The notes beneath the pieces were generated by a model. It ran no database searches. It saw only the letters and a program-made list of their open reading frames with translations, and had not been told where the DNA came from. Below, one piece after another: positions 21,867 to 34,471 of a stretch of 64,000 nucleotides of DNA. The first letter of the stretch is position 1. Each line of letters starts with the position of its first letter. The stretch is taken from assembly GCF_045037415.1 (NCBI RefSeq), contig NZ_CP173438.1. One strand, 5' to 3'. Made by a program: the position numbers and the translations under genes. Source of the DNA: Escherichia coli (GTDB lineage Bacteria > Pseudomonadota > Gammaproteobacteria > Enterobacterales > Enterobacteriaceae).

Positions 21867-22433
21867 TTAGCGATAAAATACTTCGAACGTCGCAGATGAG
21901 GCATACTTACCCGCAGTCGGCGCGTTATTACCAACCTGAATAACATTGGCGGTGTAATTGAATATTGTTGGAGTAATGCTCCCGGCATTATCAACATCAG
22001 TGGATGCATCGGGAACTGAACCATCAAATTTCACATCGTTAGCACCGCCATTTTTATTTGTCACCGTAATACCCACATTTGTTGCACTGCCAGCCCCAGC
22101 TTCGCTATTTTCCAGACGCAGGAAACCTGCATCCGTTGTCGTTCCAGAAAATGTCAGGTTTAGTTTGTCCACCAACGGATCGCATTTTATTAATTCAATT
22201 TTAAAATCTTTTGACGTTCCAATACTACCGTCTCCAGAATAGTCCGCTGGGTAAGTATCTGCAAAAGTGACTGTCCCTGTTGTACTGGCAGACTCGTTTA
22301 CATTAATTTCGCAAGTATCGGCAACAATTTTACCGTTAAAGTTAACCACTCCGGTATCTGTAGCAAATACACTGGTACTTACTACAGCGATGAGACTTCC
22401 TGACACTAACAGAGAAAGCAATTTTTTATTCAT
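21867..22433 (-). CDS. major fimbrial subunit (type 1 pilin-like), first gene of accessory operon
   Basis: 188-aa translation, signal peptide, Cys pair, C-terminal ...SSATFEVFYR donor-strand motif. Confidence 0.85.
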   Translation of the reverse strand: MNKKLLSLLVSGSLIAVVSTSVFATDTGVVNFNGKIVADTCEINVNESASTTGTVTFADTYPADYSGDGSIGTSKDFKIELIKCDPLVDKLNLTFSGTTTDAGFLRLENSEAGAGSATNVGITVTNKNGGANDVKFDGSVPDASTDVDNAGSITPTIFNYTANVIQVGNNAPTAGKYASSATFEVFYR

Positions 22434-22734
22434 AAAAATCCCTTAATTATGAGGTAATACACATGATTCCATTCCAGAGCGACTGGTCAGGGCTTGATAA
22501 ATATTGATATTAGAAATATATCCACCAAATAATATTATTTTTAGATTAGAACAAAAAACACATAGCCTGTCTATACAAACTGCAGTAATAAAACAATAAC
22601 CACATGAATTTTAAAGTGTTGTTTTTATTTTAAGAGTTTAAGGTAATAAAATATAACATAAACCCAAAATATATATTAATGGTCGTATATTCATTAAATA
22701 AATATTTATTTGGTTTATCTAAATGATTTCATTA

Positions 22735-22758
22735 CGCTCTCCGCATAAGCGGAGAGCG
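22735..22758 (-). terminator. mrcB terminator hairpin
   Basis: cgctctccgc ataa gcggagagcg perfect 10-bp inverted repeat 10 nt 3' of the mrcB stop, AT-rich tail on minus strand. Confidence 0.55.
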
Positions 22759-22767
22759 ATTACGATA

Positions 22768-25293
22768 TTAATTACTACCAAACATCTCCTTGATCCAGCC
22801 AGCCACGCCGTCGCTGTCTTTTTGCTCCTGTTGAGCAGGTTGCTGTTGCTGCGGCTGAGAAGACTGATCAAACGGATTGCCTGACGGTTGCTGCTGCATC
22901 TCACTCTGCTGGCACAGCGATTGCGGATCGCTGGTCCAGACTGGCAAGACACGCATACCACCGCTGCAAACAAAGTTGCCGTCGTAGTCCACGCCCATAT
23001 CTGCAATATCTTCCGGCGGAACAAGATTCAGCGGTGTTGGCGTCTGGTTAGCCAGATAACGCTGATAAATCGACATTGCCCCGCTGGCACCATACAGTTT
23101 GGTCGGCTGGTTGTTATCACGGCCGACCCAGGTGATGGTCACCGTGCTCCCATCAATGCCCGCAAACCAGGTATCTACGTTATTGTTGGTAGTCCCTGTT
23201 TTCCCTGCCAGATGCAGGTTCGGGTATTTTGCCCCAAGCTGACGTCCCGTACCGCGTTGTACAACCTGCTGCATGGTCCATAGTGTCAGATACGCCGCCT
23301 GCGCCGGAACAGCGCGTTCTGCCTGCGGGAAGCTCTGATACAACACCTTGCCGTCTTCTGCGATGACTGAACGTAGCGCGGAAAGCGGAGCACGATTACC
23401 ACCGCTGGCGATAGTCTGGAAGGCCTGCGCCACTTCGATTGGCGTTAAGTTCAACGCCCCCAACAACATTGCTGGAACTGGATTCAGTTGATCTTTCGGC
23501 ACACCCAGTTTGATCCAGGTATCCGTAACCGCAGGCAGCCCCAACGCCATGCCCAGATTCACCGTTGGCACGTTCATCGAACGGGTCAACGCATCTACCA
23601 GCATCACCCTGCCACTTTCGCTATAACGACGATCATCGTTCTGCGGTGACCAGACCTGGCCATTCGGCTGACGCAGCGCGATTGGCGCATCGGCAATCCA
23701 CGTATTCAAACGATAGATTTTCGGCTGGCTTAAGGCCGTTAGATAAGTCGCTGGTTTTGCAAGGGAACCAATCGAACGACGCGCCTGCATCGCACGGTTG
23801 TAGCCCGCAAACTGCGGCTCAGAGCCACCGACCATCGCACGAACTTCACCGCTAAAGCGGTCAACAACCACAATCGCGGTTTCAAGATCGCTCAACTTAC
23901 GCTGTTTCTTCAGTGCCGGAATGCCTTCCACGGCGGCTTTTTCTGCCGCGTCCTGGGCCACCGAGTCAAAGGTAGTGAAGATCTTCACGCCGGAGAGATC
24001 TTTTACCTTATCGCCTAATTTCGCCTGCAGCTCCTGACGCACCAGCTGCATAAAGGCTGGCTGAGGAGAGATCACCCCACCGCGCGGCTGAACACCCAGC
24101 GGACGTGCACTCAACATGTCATAGAGTTCTTGATCAATAATTTGTTGCTGTTGCAGCAAACGTAGTACCAGGTTACGTCGCTCCAGCGCCAGTTTCGGGT
24201 TACGCCACGGGTTGTAGATGGACGCCCCTTTCACCATACCCACCAACAGCGCCTGCTGATCGAGGCTCAATTCTTCTACCGGGCGACCAAAGTAATACAA
24301 GCTCGCCAGCGGGAAGCCGCGGATTTCGTTGTCGCCGCTCTGACCGAGATACACCTCGTTCATATACAGCTCAAGAATACGGTCTTTGCTGTAACGCGCG
24401 TCCATGATCAGCGCCATGTAGGCTTCGTTCGCTTTACGCCAGTAAGAACGCTCGCTGGAGAGAAACAGGTTTTTAACCAACTGTTGCGTCAGCGTACTCG
24501 CCCCCTGCACCGTGCGTCCGGCAGTCAGGTTTGCCAGCACCGCACGTCCGATTGAGTAGAGACTGATCCCATCATGCTCGTAGAAATGACGGTCTTCTGT
24601 CGCCAGCAAAGTATCCACCAGCAAATCCGGGAAACCACTGCGCGGCACAAACAGACGCTGCTCACCGTTTGGCGAAGAGATCATGGTGATCAGGCGCGGA
24701 TCAAGACGGAAGAAACCGAACTGACGGTTGTTCTCCATATTGACTATCGTCGCCAGATGATCGCCATCAAAGGTCAGACGCGCGCGCACCTGCCCTTCTT
24801 TGCTGTCCGGGAAATCAAACGGACGGCGGATCATCTCAATGCTGTTGGCCTGTACGGTAAACTCACCAGGACGGGTCATTTTCGACACCTGGCGATACTG
24901 GGTCGCCTCCAGCAGCTTCACCATCTCGTTCTTGCTGATGGTCATGTCTGGCTCAAGGTTGACCATTCGACCATAAACTGCCGCGGGCAATTGCCAGACC
25001 TTGCCATCAATACGGCTGCGAATTTTTTGATCGAGATAAACGCCGTAAATGGCGATCAGCACGGCAAAAACGATAGCCAGTTTTAGCAGCAGCCATAGCC
25101 AGCCGCGTTTGCCACGAGGCTTACGCCCTTTGCCTTTGCCCTTACCTTTGCGCGGCATCGGTTCTTCATCCTCATAGTCATCATAATCGTCGTAATCATC
25201 GTCATCTTCGTAACGACGACGGCTTACCTTTTGTTTGACCGGACGCGTCGGTTTCCCTTTGCGTCCAATTGGCTCGCGGTCATTCCCGGCCAT
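22768..25293 (-). CDS. mrcB: penicillin-binding protein 1B (bifunctional glycosyltransferase/transpeptidase)
   Basis: ORF 22768..25308; start moved to [13 protein letters not shown]; acidic [15 protein letters not shown] tract and Gln-rich C-terminus. Confidence 0.9.
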   Translation of the reverse strand: MAGNDREPIGRKGKPTRPVKQKVSRRRYEDDDDYDDYDDYEDEEPMPRKGKGKGKGRKPRGKRGWLWLLLKLAIVFAVLIAIYGVYLDQKIRSRIDGKVWQLPAAVYGRMVNLEPDMTISKNEMVKLLEATQYRQVSKMTRPGEFTVQANSIEMIRRPFDFPDSKEGQVRARLTFDGDHLATIVNMENNRQFGFFRLDPRLITMISSPNGEQRLFVPRSGFPDLLVDTLLATEDRHFYEHDGISLYSIGRAVLANLTAGRTVQGASTLTQQLVKNLFLSSERSYWRKANEAYMALIMDARYSKDRILELYMNEVYLGQSGDNEIRGFPLASLYYFGRPVEELSLDQQALLVGMVKGASIYNPWRNPKLALERRNLVLRLLQQQQIIDQELYDMLSARPLGVQPRGGVISPQPAFMQLVRQELQAKLGDKVKDLSGVKIFTTFDSVAQDAAEKAAVEGIPALKKQRKLSDLETAIVVVDRFSGEVRAMVGGSEPQFAGYNRAMQARRSIGSLAKPATYLTALSQPKIYRLNTWIADAPIALRQPNGQVWSPQNDDRRYSESGRVMLVDALTRSMNVPTVNLGMALGLPAVTDTWIKLGVPKDQLNPVPAMLLGALNLTPIEVAQAFQTIASGGNRAPLSALRSVIAEDGKVLYQSFPQAERAVPAQAAYLTLWTMQQVVQRGTGRQLGAKYPNLHLAGKTGTTNNNVDTWFAGIDGSTVTITWVGRDNNQPTKLYGASGAMSIYQRYLANQTPTPLNLVPPEDIADMGVDYDGNFVCSGGMRVLPVWTSDPQSLCQQSEMQQQPSGNPFDQSSQPQQQQPAQQEQKDSDGVAGWIKEMFGSN

Positions 25294-25386
25294 GCTTTTT
25301 CTCCGCAATATTCAGGCGCAAAAGCCCGATTTTCTGTTCTTCTGTTGCAAGACAGAAGAAGATATCTCTCAAATTTGCTTTGGTCT

Positions 25387-27816
25387 TCACGAATACTTTT
25401 TCGTTCGTCGCGTCGGTGCGGTGTTTGCCGGGTCGTCCGGCCAGACATGTTTGGGATAACGCCCTTTCATCTCTTTTTGCACCTCACGGTACGCTCCTTT
25501 CCAGAAGGCGCTCAAATCACGCGTGATTTGCAGCGGCCTTTGGGCAGGGGAAAGCAACTCCAGCACCAACGGTACGCGCCCCTGGGCGATAGTCGGATTA
25601 GAGGCCTCACCAAACATCTCCTGCATTCTCACCGCCAGCGCGGGCGGGTTATCTTCATGGTAACGAATGGCGATCCGGCTTCCCGTCGGCACAGTGTAAT
25701 GCGCAGGCAATTCACTATCCAGACGTTGCTGCATTACCCAATCAAGTAATCCACGCAGTGCCTGATAAATATCGAGTGATTTCAGGCCGCGTAGCGAATG
25801 TACGCCTGTCATATGCGGCAGTAGCCACGTTTCCAGCGTCGCCAACAAACTTTCATCATCAACCGCTGGCCAGTCATATTCCGGCAACCACTTTGCGGCA
25901 CATAACAAACGCAAGCGTAGCTGTTCCGCTTCCGCCGTCCAGTTGAGCACGCTTAAACCTTTATCACGAATGCCGTTAAGCATCGCCTGATGCAACTCGT
26001 CTTCCGAGGGTTTCGCCAGCGGTTGCACTTTTACCGTCAACTGACCGATTTGCAGCCGACGCCAGGCTTTCAGCGTACCTTGCGCGTCATCCCACTCCAC
26101 GGTGTCAGACTGCTGTACCAGCTGCGGGCAGCGTTGTACTAACTCATCAATATCGACCGGCAGCGCCAGTAAAATCCGCGCATCCGGCGAAGAACTGCCC
26201 TGCAATAATAACGGCGCGATCAACCATTCGTGGCGGCTAAGCGCATCGTCGGCATCGAGCATCGCCCCCATGCCGTTCGCCAGTTGATAGCGTCCCTCTT
26301 GCCCACGGCGGCGAGCAATACGATCGGCATACGCTCCGGCAAGTCGCGGCGCGATAAGCGAACTGTCTGCCTCACCGCCGCGTACGTTTAAACGTTTTAA
26401 CAGTTGCTGACTACGTTGCTGCCAGGCGGGTTGATTGCGCAAAAACGCCACGCCCAGGTCACTATTGCCCATCCGTGGCGGCTCTTCGAGAATGGCGGCA
26501 ATTTTTGCCGCGGTAGCAGCTTCGTCGTCGTTCTTCGCGCTAACCAGCATTGCCGCTAAACGCGGATCGTTACCCAGCGCTGCCATTTTTTGCCCTTGCG
26601 CACTAAGCCGTTCACCGTCCAGCGCCCCCAGCATCCGTAACAGGCGTTTCGCGGCCAGTAGATTCACCGTTGGCGGTTGATCCAGCCAGCTCATCTGCGC
26701 CGGATCGCTGCATCCCCATTGCAGTAATTCCATCAGCAAACAGGAAAGATCGCTTTGTAATATTTCCGGTTCACTTTGCGCGGCAGCGCGTTCTGCTTGT
26801 TCTTTGGCGATTAAATGCAGGCAGATACCCGGCTCCAGACGCCCGGCACGCCCGGCACGTTGCGTCATCGACGCCTGACTAACACGTTGAGTAACCAGCC
26901 GCGTAAGCCCTGTACGCGGATCAAAACGCGCCACACGCTCCTGGGCACAATCCACCACCAGACGAATACCTTCGATGGTTAAACTGGTTTCAGCAATATT
27001 GGTCGCCAGCACCACTTTACGCATCCCTTGCGGTGCCGGGAGGATCGCTTTTCGCTGATCGTTCAGCGACAACGCGCCATACAGCGGGCAGAGCAACACA
27101 TCACTGCCGATGCGTGAAGTCAGTTGTTCCTGCACACGCTGAATTTCTCCGACGCCAGGTAAAAATAACAGTAATGATCCACTTTCCTGACGCAGCATTT
27201 CGGCGGTGGCAACCGCGACGGCTTCGTCAAAACGCTGATGAGCGGGCAGCGGCAAATAACGGCGTTCAACTGGAAACGAGCGCCCTTCTGAGATGACGAC
27301 GGGCGCTTCTGGCAGCATTTGCTGCAAGCGGTCGTTGTCCAGCGTAGCCGACATAATCAGCAGTTTAAGGTCATCACGCAGACCTTGTTGCACATCGAGT
27401 AACAGCGCCAACGCCAAATCCGCCTGCAAGCTGCGCTCATGAAATTCATCAAGGATCACCAATCCAACACCGCTCAGTTCCGGGTCACGCTGGATCATCC
27501 GCGTCAGCACGCCTTCGGTAACCACTTCCAGGCGGGTATTCGGCCCGACGCAGTTTTGCGCACGCATCCGGTAGCCAACGGTATCGCCTGGCTTTTCGTT
27601 AAGCAGCTCCGCCAGTCGTTGCGCAACGTTACGCGCCGCCAGACGACGCGGCTCCAGCAGGATAATTTTCCCGTTAATGCCGGGATGCGCCAGCAGTTGC
27701 AGCGGCAGCCAGGTTGATTTCCCGGCCCCGGTCGGCGCACTTAATAACACCTGCGATGCACCATCGAGGGCAGCAAGTAACTCAGGTAAGACGGCAGCAA
27801 CGGGCAACGACGACAC
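25387..27816 (-). CDS. hrpB: ATP-dependent RNA helicase HrpB (DEAH box)
   Basis: ORF 25387..27861; GAGKST Walker A and DEFH motif; start taken from the protein length I recall (about 809 aa), which puts it at a GTG 15 codons into the ORF. Confidence 0.8.
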   Translation of the reverse strand: MSSLPVAAVLPELLAALDGASQVLLSAPTGAGKSTWLPLQLLAHPGINGKIILLEPRRLAARNVAQRLAELLNEKPGDTVGYRMRAQNCVGPNTRLEVVTEGVLTRMIQRDPELSGVGLVILDEFHERSLQADLALALLLDVQQGLRDDLKLLIMSATLDNDRLQQMLPEAPVVISEGRSFPVERRYLPLPAHQRFDEAVAVATAEMLRQESGSLLLFLPGVGEIQRVQEQLTSRIGSDVLLCPLYGALSLNDQRKAILPAPQGMRKVVLATNIAETSLTIEGIRLVVDCAQERVARFDPRTGLTRLVTQRVSQASMTQRAGRAGRLEPGICLHLIAKEQAERAAAQSEPEILQSDLSCLLMELLQWGCSDPAQMSWLDQPPTVNLLAAKRLLRMLGALDGERLSAQGQKMAALGNDPRLAAMLVSAKNDDEAATAAKIAAILEEPPRMGNSDLGVAFLRNQPAWQQRSQQLLKRLNVRGGEADSSLIAPRLAGAYADRIARRRGQEGRYQLANGMGAMLDADDALSRHEWLIAPLLLQGSSSPDARILLALPVDIDELVQRCPQLVQQSDTVEWDDAQGTLKAWRRLQIGQLTVKVQPLAKPSEDELHQAMLNGIRDKGLSVLNWTAEAEQLRLRLLCAAKWLPEYDWPAVDDESLLATLETWLLPHMTGVHSLRGLKSLDIYQALRGLLDWVMQQRLDSELPAHYTVPTGSRIAIRYHEDNPPALAVRMQEMFGEASNPTIAQGRVPLVLELLSPAQRPLQITRDLSAFWKGAYREVQKEMKGRYPKHVWPDDPANTAPTRRTKKYS

Positions 27817-27889
27817 AAAACGCTCCAGAGGGTTAACATTCTTCGCGCCACATTGTAGCATCGCGGTAATTCATAACCGAGTGCCTCAC

Positions 27890-29139
<1,250 letters not shown>

Positions 29140-29316
29140 TAGAGTAAGTAACTGGTTAATTTACATTCTGGTCGCGTGCGCAAATACGCTTTTCCTCACA
29201 CAGTTGTCAAGTGTTACGTTTAGATAATTGCTATCCGGAAAAGCATCTGCTATTTATAGCGGCCTCATTTTTCCCCCGAACATGGGGATCGATAGTGCGT
29301 GTTAAGGAGAAGCAAC

Positions 29317-29772
29317 ATGCAAGAAGGGCAAAACCGTAAAACATCGTCCCTGAGTATTCTCGCCATCGCTGGGGTGGAACCATATCAGGAGAAGCCGGGC
29401 GAAGAGTATATGAATGAAGCCCAGCTGGCGCACTTCCGTCGTATTCTGGAAGCATGGCGTAATCAACTCAGGGATGAAGTCGATCGCACCGTTACACATA
29501 TGCAGGATGAAGCAGCCAACTTCCCGGACCCGGTAGACCGTGCAGCCCAGGAAGAAGAGTTCAGCCTCGAACTGCGTAACCGCGATCGCGAGCGTAAGCT
29601 GATCAAAAAGATCGAGAAGACGCTGAAAAAAGTGGAAGACGAAGATTTCGGCTACTGCGAATCCTGCGGTGTTGAAATTGGTATTCGCCGTCTGGAAGCG
29701 CGCCCGACAGCCGATCTATGCATCGACTGCAAGACGCTGGCTGAAATTCGCGAAAAACAGATGGCTGGCTAA
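29317..29772 (+). CDS. dksA: RNA polymerase-binding transcription factor DksA
   Basis: ORF 29299..29772; start moved to [11 protein letters not shown] (151 aa); C4 zinc finger CESCGVEI...CIDC. Confidence 0.95.
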   Translation: MQEGQNRKTSSLSILAIAGVEPYQEKPGEEYMNEAQLAHFRRILEAWRNQLRDEVDRTVTHMQDEAANFPDPVDRAAQEEEFSLELRNRDRERKLIKKIEKTLKKVEDEDFGYCESCGVEIGIRRLEARPTADLCIDCKTLAEIREKQMAG

Positions 29773-29800
29773 TTACAGCCGTTCCATCATGTTTACCACA

Positions 29801-29831
29801 GGCGGGAAATGCTCCCGCCTTATTTTTTGTT
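29801..29831 (+). terminator. dksA rho-independent terminator immediately upstream of gluQ
   Basis: ggcggga aatgc tcccgcc hairpin followed by ttattttttgtt; lies inside the 5' end of the unrefined gluQ ORF. Confidence 0.65.
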
Positions 29832-29838
29832 CAAAGAG

Positions 29839-30735
29839 ATGACAGACACACACTATATTGGTCGCTTCGCCCCCTCTCCTTCCGGCGAGCTTCATTTTGG
29901 TTCTCTGATTGCTGCGCTTGGCAGCTATTTGCAGGCTCGCGCCCGGCAAGGTCGCTGGCTGGTACGCATTGAAGATATCGACCCGCCTCGTGAAGTTCCC
30001 GGTGCCGCAGAGACTATCCTGCGCCAGCTGGAACATTACGGCCTACACTGGGACGGCGACGTTCTCTGGCAATCGCAACGTCACCACGCCTATCGCGAAG
30101 CACTCGCCTGGTTACATGAGCAAGGACTAAGTTATTACTGCACCTGCACGCGTGCGCGTATTCAAAACATTGGCGGTATTTACGACGGTCATTGCCGGGA
30201 TTTGCATCATGGACCAGACAACGCCGCAGTACGTATCCGCCAGCAGCATCCAGTCACCCAGTTTACTGACCTGCTGCGAGGCATTATTCACGCCGACGAA
30301 AAACTGGCACGGGAAGATTTTATTATTCATCGCCGTGATGGTTTGTTTGCCTATAACCTGGCGGTGGTGGTGGATGATCACTTCCAGGGCGTGAGCGAAA
30401 TTGTCCGCGGGGCAGATTTGATCGAACCGACTGTGCGGCAAATCTCGCTGTACCAGCTTTTTGGCTGGAAAGTGCCAGATTACATCCATTTACCGCTGGC
30501 GCTTAATCCACAAGGCGCTAAACTTTCCAAGCAGAATCATGCGCCTGCGTTGCCGAAAGGCGATCCGCGCCCGGTGTTAATCGCGGCACTTCATTTTCTG
30601 GGTCAGCAGGTAGAAACACACTGGCAGGATTTCAGCGTCGAGCAAATCCTTCAGTCAGCCGTCAAAAACTGGCGGCTCACCGCAGTGCCTGAGTCGGCAA
30701 TTGTAAATTCAACATTCTCAAATGCGTCATGCTGA
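29839..30735 (+). CDS. gluQ: glutamyl-Q tRNA(Asp) synthetase
   Basis: ORF 29809..30735; start placed at ATG 29839 ([22 protein letters not shown], class I HIGH-like motif) because the upstream ORF extension overlaps the dksA terminator. Confidence 0.8.
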   Translation: MTDTHYIGRFAPSPSGELHFGSLIAALGSYLQARARQGRWLVRIEDIDPPREVPGAAETILRQLEHYGLHWDGDVLWQSQRHHAYREALAWLHEQGLSYYCTCTRARIQNIGGIYDGHCRDLHHGPDNAAVRIRQQHPVTQFTDLLRGIIHADEKLAREDFIIHRRDGLFAYNLAVVVDDHFQGVSEIVRGADLIEPTVRQISLYQLFGWKVPDYIHLPLALNPQGAKLSKQNHAPALPKGDPRPVLIAALHFLGQQVETHWQDFSVEQILQSAVKNWRLTAVPESAIVNSTFSNASC

Positions 30736-30794
30736 GCTATGATTAGCCGCTATTTTTTTGTCCTGAATGATGTTTGACACTACCGAGGTGTACT

Positions 30795-32192
30795 ATTTTT
30801 ACCCGAGTCGCTAATTTTTGCCGCAAGGTGCTAAGCCGCGAGGAAAGCGAGGCTGAACAGGCAGTCGCCCGTCCACAGGTGACGGTGATCCCGCGTGAGC
30901 AGCATGCTATTTCCCGCAAAGATATCAGTGAAAATGCCCTGAAGGTAATGTACAGGCTCAATAAAGCGGGATACGAAGCCTGGCTGGTTGGCGGCGGCGT
31001 GCGCGACCTGTTACTTGGCAAAAAGCCGAAAGATTTTGACGTAACCACTAACGCCACGCCTGAACAGGTACGTAAACTGTTCCGTAACTGCCGTCTGGTG
31101 GGTCGCCGTTTCCGTCTGGCTCATGTGATGTTTGGCCCGGAGATTATCGAAGTTGCGACCTTCCGTGGACATCACGAAGGTAACGTCAGCGACCGCACGA
31201 CCTCCCAACGCGGGCAAAACGGTATGTTGCTGCGCGACAACATTTTCGGCTCCATCGAAGAAGACGCCCAGCGCCGCGATTTCACTATCAACAGCCTGTA
31301 TTACAGCGTGGCAGATTTTACCGTCCGTGATTACGTTGGCGGCATGAAGGATCTGAAAGACGGCGTTATCCGTCTGATTGGTAACCCGGAAACGCGCTAC
31401 CGTGAAGATCCGGTACGTATGCTCCGCGCGGTTCGTTTTGCCGCCAAATTGGGCATGCGCATCAGCCCGGAAACCGCCGAGCCGATCCCACGCCTGGCAA
31501 CCTTACTGAACGATATCCCACCGGCACGTCTGTTTGAAGAATCGCTGAAACTGTTGCAAGCGGGCTACGGTTACGAAACCTATAAGCTGCTGTGTGAATA
31601 TCATCTGTTCCAGCCGCTGTTCCCGACCATTACCCGCTACTTCACGGAAAATGGCGACAGCCCGATGGAACGCATTATTGAGCAGGTACTGAAGAATACC
31701 GATACGCGTATCCATAACGATATGCGCGTGAACCCGGCGTTCCTGTTTGCCGCCATGTTCTGGTACCCATTGCTGGAGACGGCACAGAAAATTGCTCAGG
31801 AGAGCGGCCTGACCTATCACGACGCTTTCGCACTGGCGATGAACGACGTGCTGGACGAAGCCTGCCGTTCACTGGCGATCCCGAAACGTCTGACTACGCT
31901 AACTCGCGATATCTGGCAGTTGCAGTTGCGTATGTCCCGTCGTCAGGGTAAACGCGCATGGAAACTGCTGGAGCATCCTAAGTTCCGTGCGGCATACGAC
32001 CTGTTGGCCTTACGAGCCGAAGTTGAGCGTAACGCTGAACTGCAACGTCTGGTGAAATGGTGGGGTGAGTTCCAGGTTTCCGCGCCGCCAGACCAAAAAG
32101 GGATGCTTAACGAACTGGATGAAGAACCGTCACCGCGTCGTCGTACTCGTCGTCCACGCAAACGCGCACCGCGTCGTGAGGGTACTACATGA
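30795..32192 (+). CDS. pcnB: poly(A) polymerase I
   Basis: ORF 30774..32192; established PcnB N-terminus (M)[12 protein letters not shown] corresponds to an ATT codon at 30795-30797 (known non-canonical AUU start); basic C-terminal tail. Confidence 0.85.
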   Translation: MFTRVANFCRKVLSREESEAEQAVARPQVTVIPREQHAISRKDISENALKVMYRLNKAGYEAWLVGGGVRDLLLGKKPKDFDVTTNATPEQVRKLFRNCRLVGRRFRLAHVMFGPEIIEVATFRGHHEGNVSDRTTSQRGQNGMLLRDNIFGSIEEDAQRRDFTINSLYYSVADFTVRDYVGGMKDLKDGVIRLIGNPETRYREDPVRMLRAVRFAAKLGMRISPETAEPIPRLATLLNDIPPARLFEESLKLLQAGYGYETYKLLCEYHLFQPLFPTITRYFTENGDSPMERIIEQVLKNTDTRIHNDMRVNPAFLFAAMFWYPLLETAQKIAQESGLTYHDAFALAMNDVLDEACRSLAIPKRLTTLTRDIWQLQLRMSRRQGKRAWKLLEHPKFRAAYDLLALRAEVERNAELQRLVKWWGEFQVSAPPDQKGMLNELDEEPSPRRRTRRPRKRAPRREGTT

Positions 32193-32668
32193 CAGTGGCG
32201 TATATTGCCATAGGCAGCAATCTGGCCTCTCCGCTGGAGCAGGTCAATGCTGCCCTGAAAGCATTAGGCGATATTCCAGAAAGCCGCATTCTTGCCGTTT
32301 CTTCGTTTTACCGCACCCCACCTCTGGGGCCGCAAGATCAACCCGATTACTTAAATGCCGCCGTCGCGCTGAAAACCACTCTTGCCCCTGAAGAGCTACT
32401 CAATCACACACAGCGTATCGAATTGCAGCAAGGTCGCGTCCGTAAAGCTGAACGCTGGGGACCGCGCACGCTGGATCTCGACATCATGCTGTTTGGTAAT
32501 GAAGTAATAAATACCGAACGTCTGACCGTTCCGCACTACGATATGAAAAATCGTGGCTTTATGCTGTGGCCACTGTTTGAAATTGCGCCGGAGCTGGTCT
32601 TTCCTGATGGAACGATATTAGAAAACTTATTAAGAAAAAATAAATTTCATGAATTAAATAAATGGTAA
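32189..32668 (+). CDS. folK: 2-amino-4-hydroxy-6-hydroxymethyldihydropteridine pyrophosphokinase
   Basis: 159-aa translation ([15 protein letters not shown]...). Confidence 0.95.
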   Translation: MTVAYIAIGSNLASPLEQVNAALKALGDIPESRILAVSSFYRTPPLGPQDQPDYLNAAVALKTTLAPEELLNHTQRIELQQGRVRKAERWGPRTLDLDIMLFGNEVINTERLTVPHYDMKNRGFMLWPLFEIAPELVFPDGTILENLLRKNKFHELNKW

Positions 32669-33015
32669 TGTAACAGTAACGTGAATATAAATAAATTCCG
32701 AAAAATAACCTCACCCTATTGAAATTAATACACCCTCTCAGTTACAATCATAATTAATATTATTTTTTCGCCCCCCCACCCCATCTCACATACAATACTT
32801 TTCCCGCTGTGTATATTAACTTTTGCTTAAAAATGAATTAAGTGGATATTTAAATTTAAATGTGTACATTATTCTACTTAGTGATGAACAGATGTTAAAT
32901 TCAGTAAATCTTCACATTCATCATTAACAAACTAATCTCTTTTCCTCTATCGGGAATCCCTGCCTGAAAGGGCCCAATTGTAGTTAAACTCATGGAATAT
33001 GATTCAAGGATTTTT

Positions 33016-33600
33016 ATGTCTAAAAAATTAGGTTTTGCGCTCTCTGGTCTTATGCTGGCAATGGTTGCAGGTAGTGCTTCTGCAGATATGGACGGTGGTC
33101 AGTTAAATATCAGTGGTCTGGTTGTTGATAATACCTGTGAAACCCGCGTAGACGGCGGTAATAAAGATGGCCTGATCCTGCTGCAAACTGCAACCGTTGG
33201 AGAAATCTCTGAGGGTGTGCTGGACACTACCGTTGGTGCTAAGGCTAAACCATTCAGCATTACTGTTGACTGTAGTAAAGCTAATCCGGCACCAGGCAGC
33301 ACAGCAAAAATGACTTTTGGTTCAGTCTTCTTTGGTAACAGTAAAGGAACCCTGAATAATGACATGTCAATTAATACTCCATCTGACGGTGTTAATATTG
33401 CTCTGCACAATATTGAAGGTTCTACTATTAAGCAGGTTAAAATCAACAATCCTGGCGATATCTATTCCAAAGCACTGGATGCAACTTCCAAATCCGCAAC
33501 TTATGATTTTAAAGCGTCTTATGTTCGTGCAGATGCAAGTCTGGCAGCCACAGCAGGTTATGTAAAAACTAACACTGCATATACCGTTACTTATCAGTAA
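33016..33600 (+). CDS. yadN: fimbrial major subunit-like protein YadN
   Basis: ORF 32992..33600; start moved to [23 protein letters not shown] signal peptide; pilin C-terminus ...TYQ. Confidence 0.85.
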   Translation: MSKKLGFALSGLMLAMVAGSASADMDGGQLNISGLVVDNTCETRVDGGNKDGLILLQTATVGEISEGVLDTTVGAKAKPFSITVDCSKANPAPGSTAKMTFGSVFFGNSKGTLNNDMSINTPSDGVNIALHNIEGSTIKQVKINNPGDIYSKALDATSKSATYDFKASYVRADASLAATAGYVKTNTAYTVTYQ

Positions 33601-33696
33601 TCACTTCCATTCATATTCATAAATTGAATACATACAGGGAATAATATTGATACTCCATACTATTTCCTGTTTTTTTAACTCTACCAGGAATGGTTT

Positions 33697-34437
33697 ATGT
33701 TTTTCAACACTAAATATACAGCAGCATTATGCTTCGCAACCTGTGTAGCTTTTAGCTCGTCAGCTATAGCAGATATCGTAATTTCCGGTACACGCGTAAT
33801 CTATAAAAGCGACCAAAAAAGTGTCAACATTCGCCTGGAAAATAAAGGCAATAACCCATTACTTGTTCAGAGTTGGCTGGATACTGGTGATGACAATGCT
33901 GAGCCTGGCAGTATTACCGTCCCCTTTACTGCGACTCCGCCCGTATCACGCATTGATGCAAAACGCGGCCAAACCATCAAACTGATGTACACCGCCAGCA
34001 GCGTCCTGCCAAAAGACAGAGAAAGTGTGTTCTGGTTTAACGTACTAGAAGTTCCTCCAAAACCAGATGCCGCAACAGTTGCAAATCAAAGCCTGCTGCA
34101 ATTGGCATTTCGCACACGTATAAAACTGTTCTATCGCCCGGAAGCATTGAAGGGGAATCCCTCAGAAGCACCATTAGCCCTGAAATGGTCCTGGTCAGGT
34201 TCCGAGGGTAAAGCAGCATTACGAGTGGCCAATCCAACCCCTTACTACGTCTCTTTTAGCAGTGGTGATTTAGAAGCCAGCGGTAAACGCTTTCCGATTG
34301 ATGTGAAAATGATTGCACCATTCAGTGATGAAGTCATGAAAGTCACTGGCCTTAATGGCAAAGCAAATTCTGCAAAAGTGCATTTTTACGCCATTAATGA
34401 TTTTGGTGGTGCCATTGAAGGTAATGCCAGTCTGTAA
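33697..34437 (+). CDS. yadV: fimbrial periplasmic chaperone (EcpD/YadV)
   Basis: 246-aa translation, PapD-like chaperone. Confidence 0.85.
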   Translation: MFFNTKYTAALCFATCVAFSSSAIADIVISGTRVIYKSDQKSVNIRLENKGNNPLLVQSWLDTGDDNAEPGSITVPFTATPPVSRIDAKRGQTIKLMYTASSVLPKDRESVFWFNVLEVPPKPDAATVANQSLLQLAFRTRIKLFYRPEALKGNPSEAPLALKWSWSGSEGKAALRVANPTPYYVSFSSGDLEASGKRFPIDVKMIAPFSDEVMKVTGLNGKANSAKVHFYAINDFGGAIEGNASL

Positions 34438-34471
34438 TCAGGCAAGGATATAATTCCGCAGGAAGCATAAC

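Noticed and set aside
17310-22767. Mobile element (IS/transposon or integrase) bounding the accessory fimbrial operon
   Set aside because: No transposase or integrase ORF, terminal inverted repeats, or obvious direct-repeat target duplication seen by eye at the boundaries; acquisition mechanism left open.
22719-23024. 101-aa minus-strand ORF overlapping the 3' end of mrcB
   Set aside because: Out-of-frame overlap with the well-supported PBP1b CDS; its extension covers the mrcB terminator hairpin; no independent start signals.
27677-27889. 5' extension of the ligT ORF (247-aa version)
   Set aside because: The extension overlaps the hrpB start region on the opposite strand; the known ligT product begins at MSEPQRL (ATG 27890).
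32992-33015. Upstream extension of yadN (MEYDSRIF...) and similar 5' extensions of yadM, panB, gcd, cueO, yacC, yacL, lpd and hpt ORFs
   Set aside because: In each case a downstream Met gives the known N-terminus or a signal peptide; the extensions are artefacts of longest-ORF calling.
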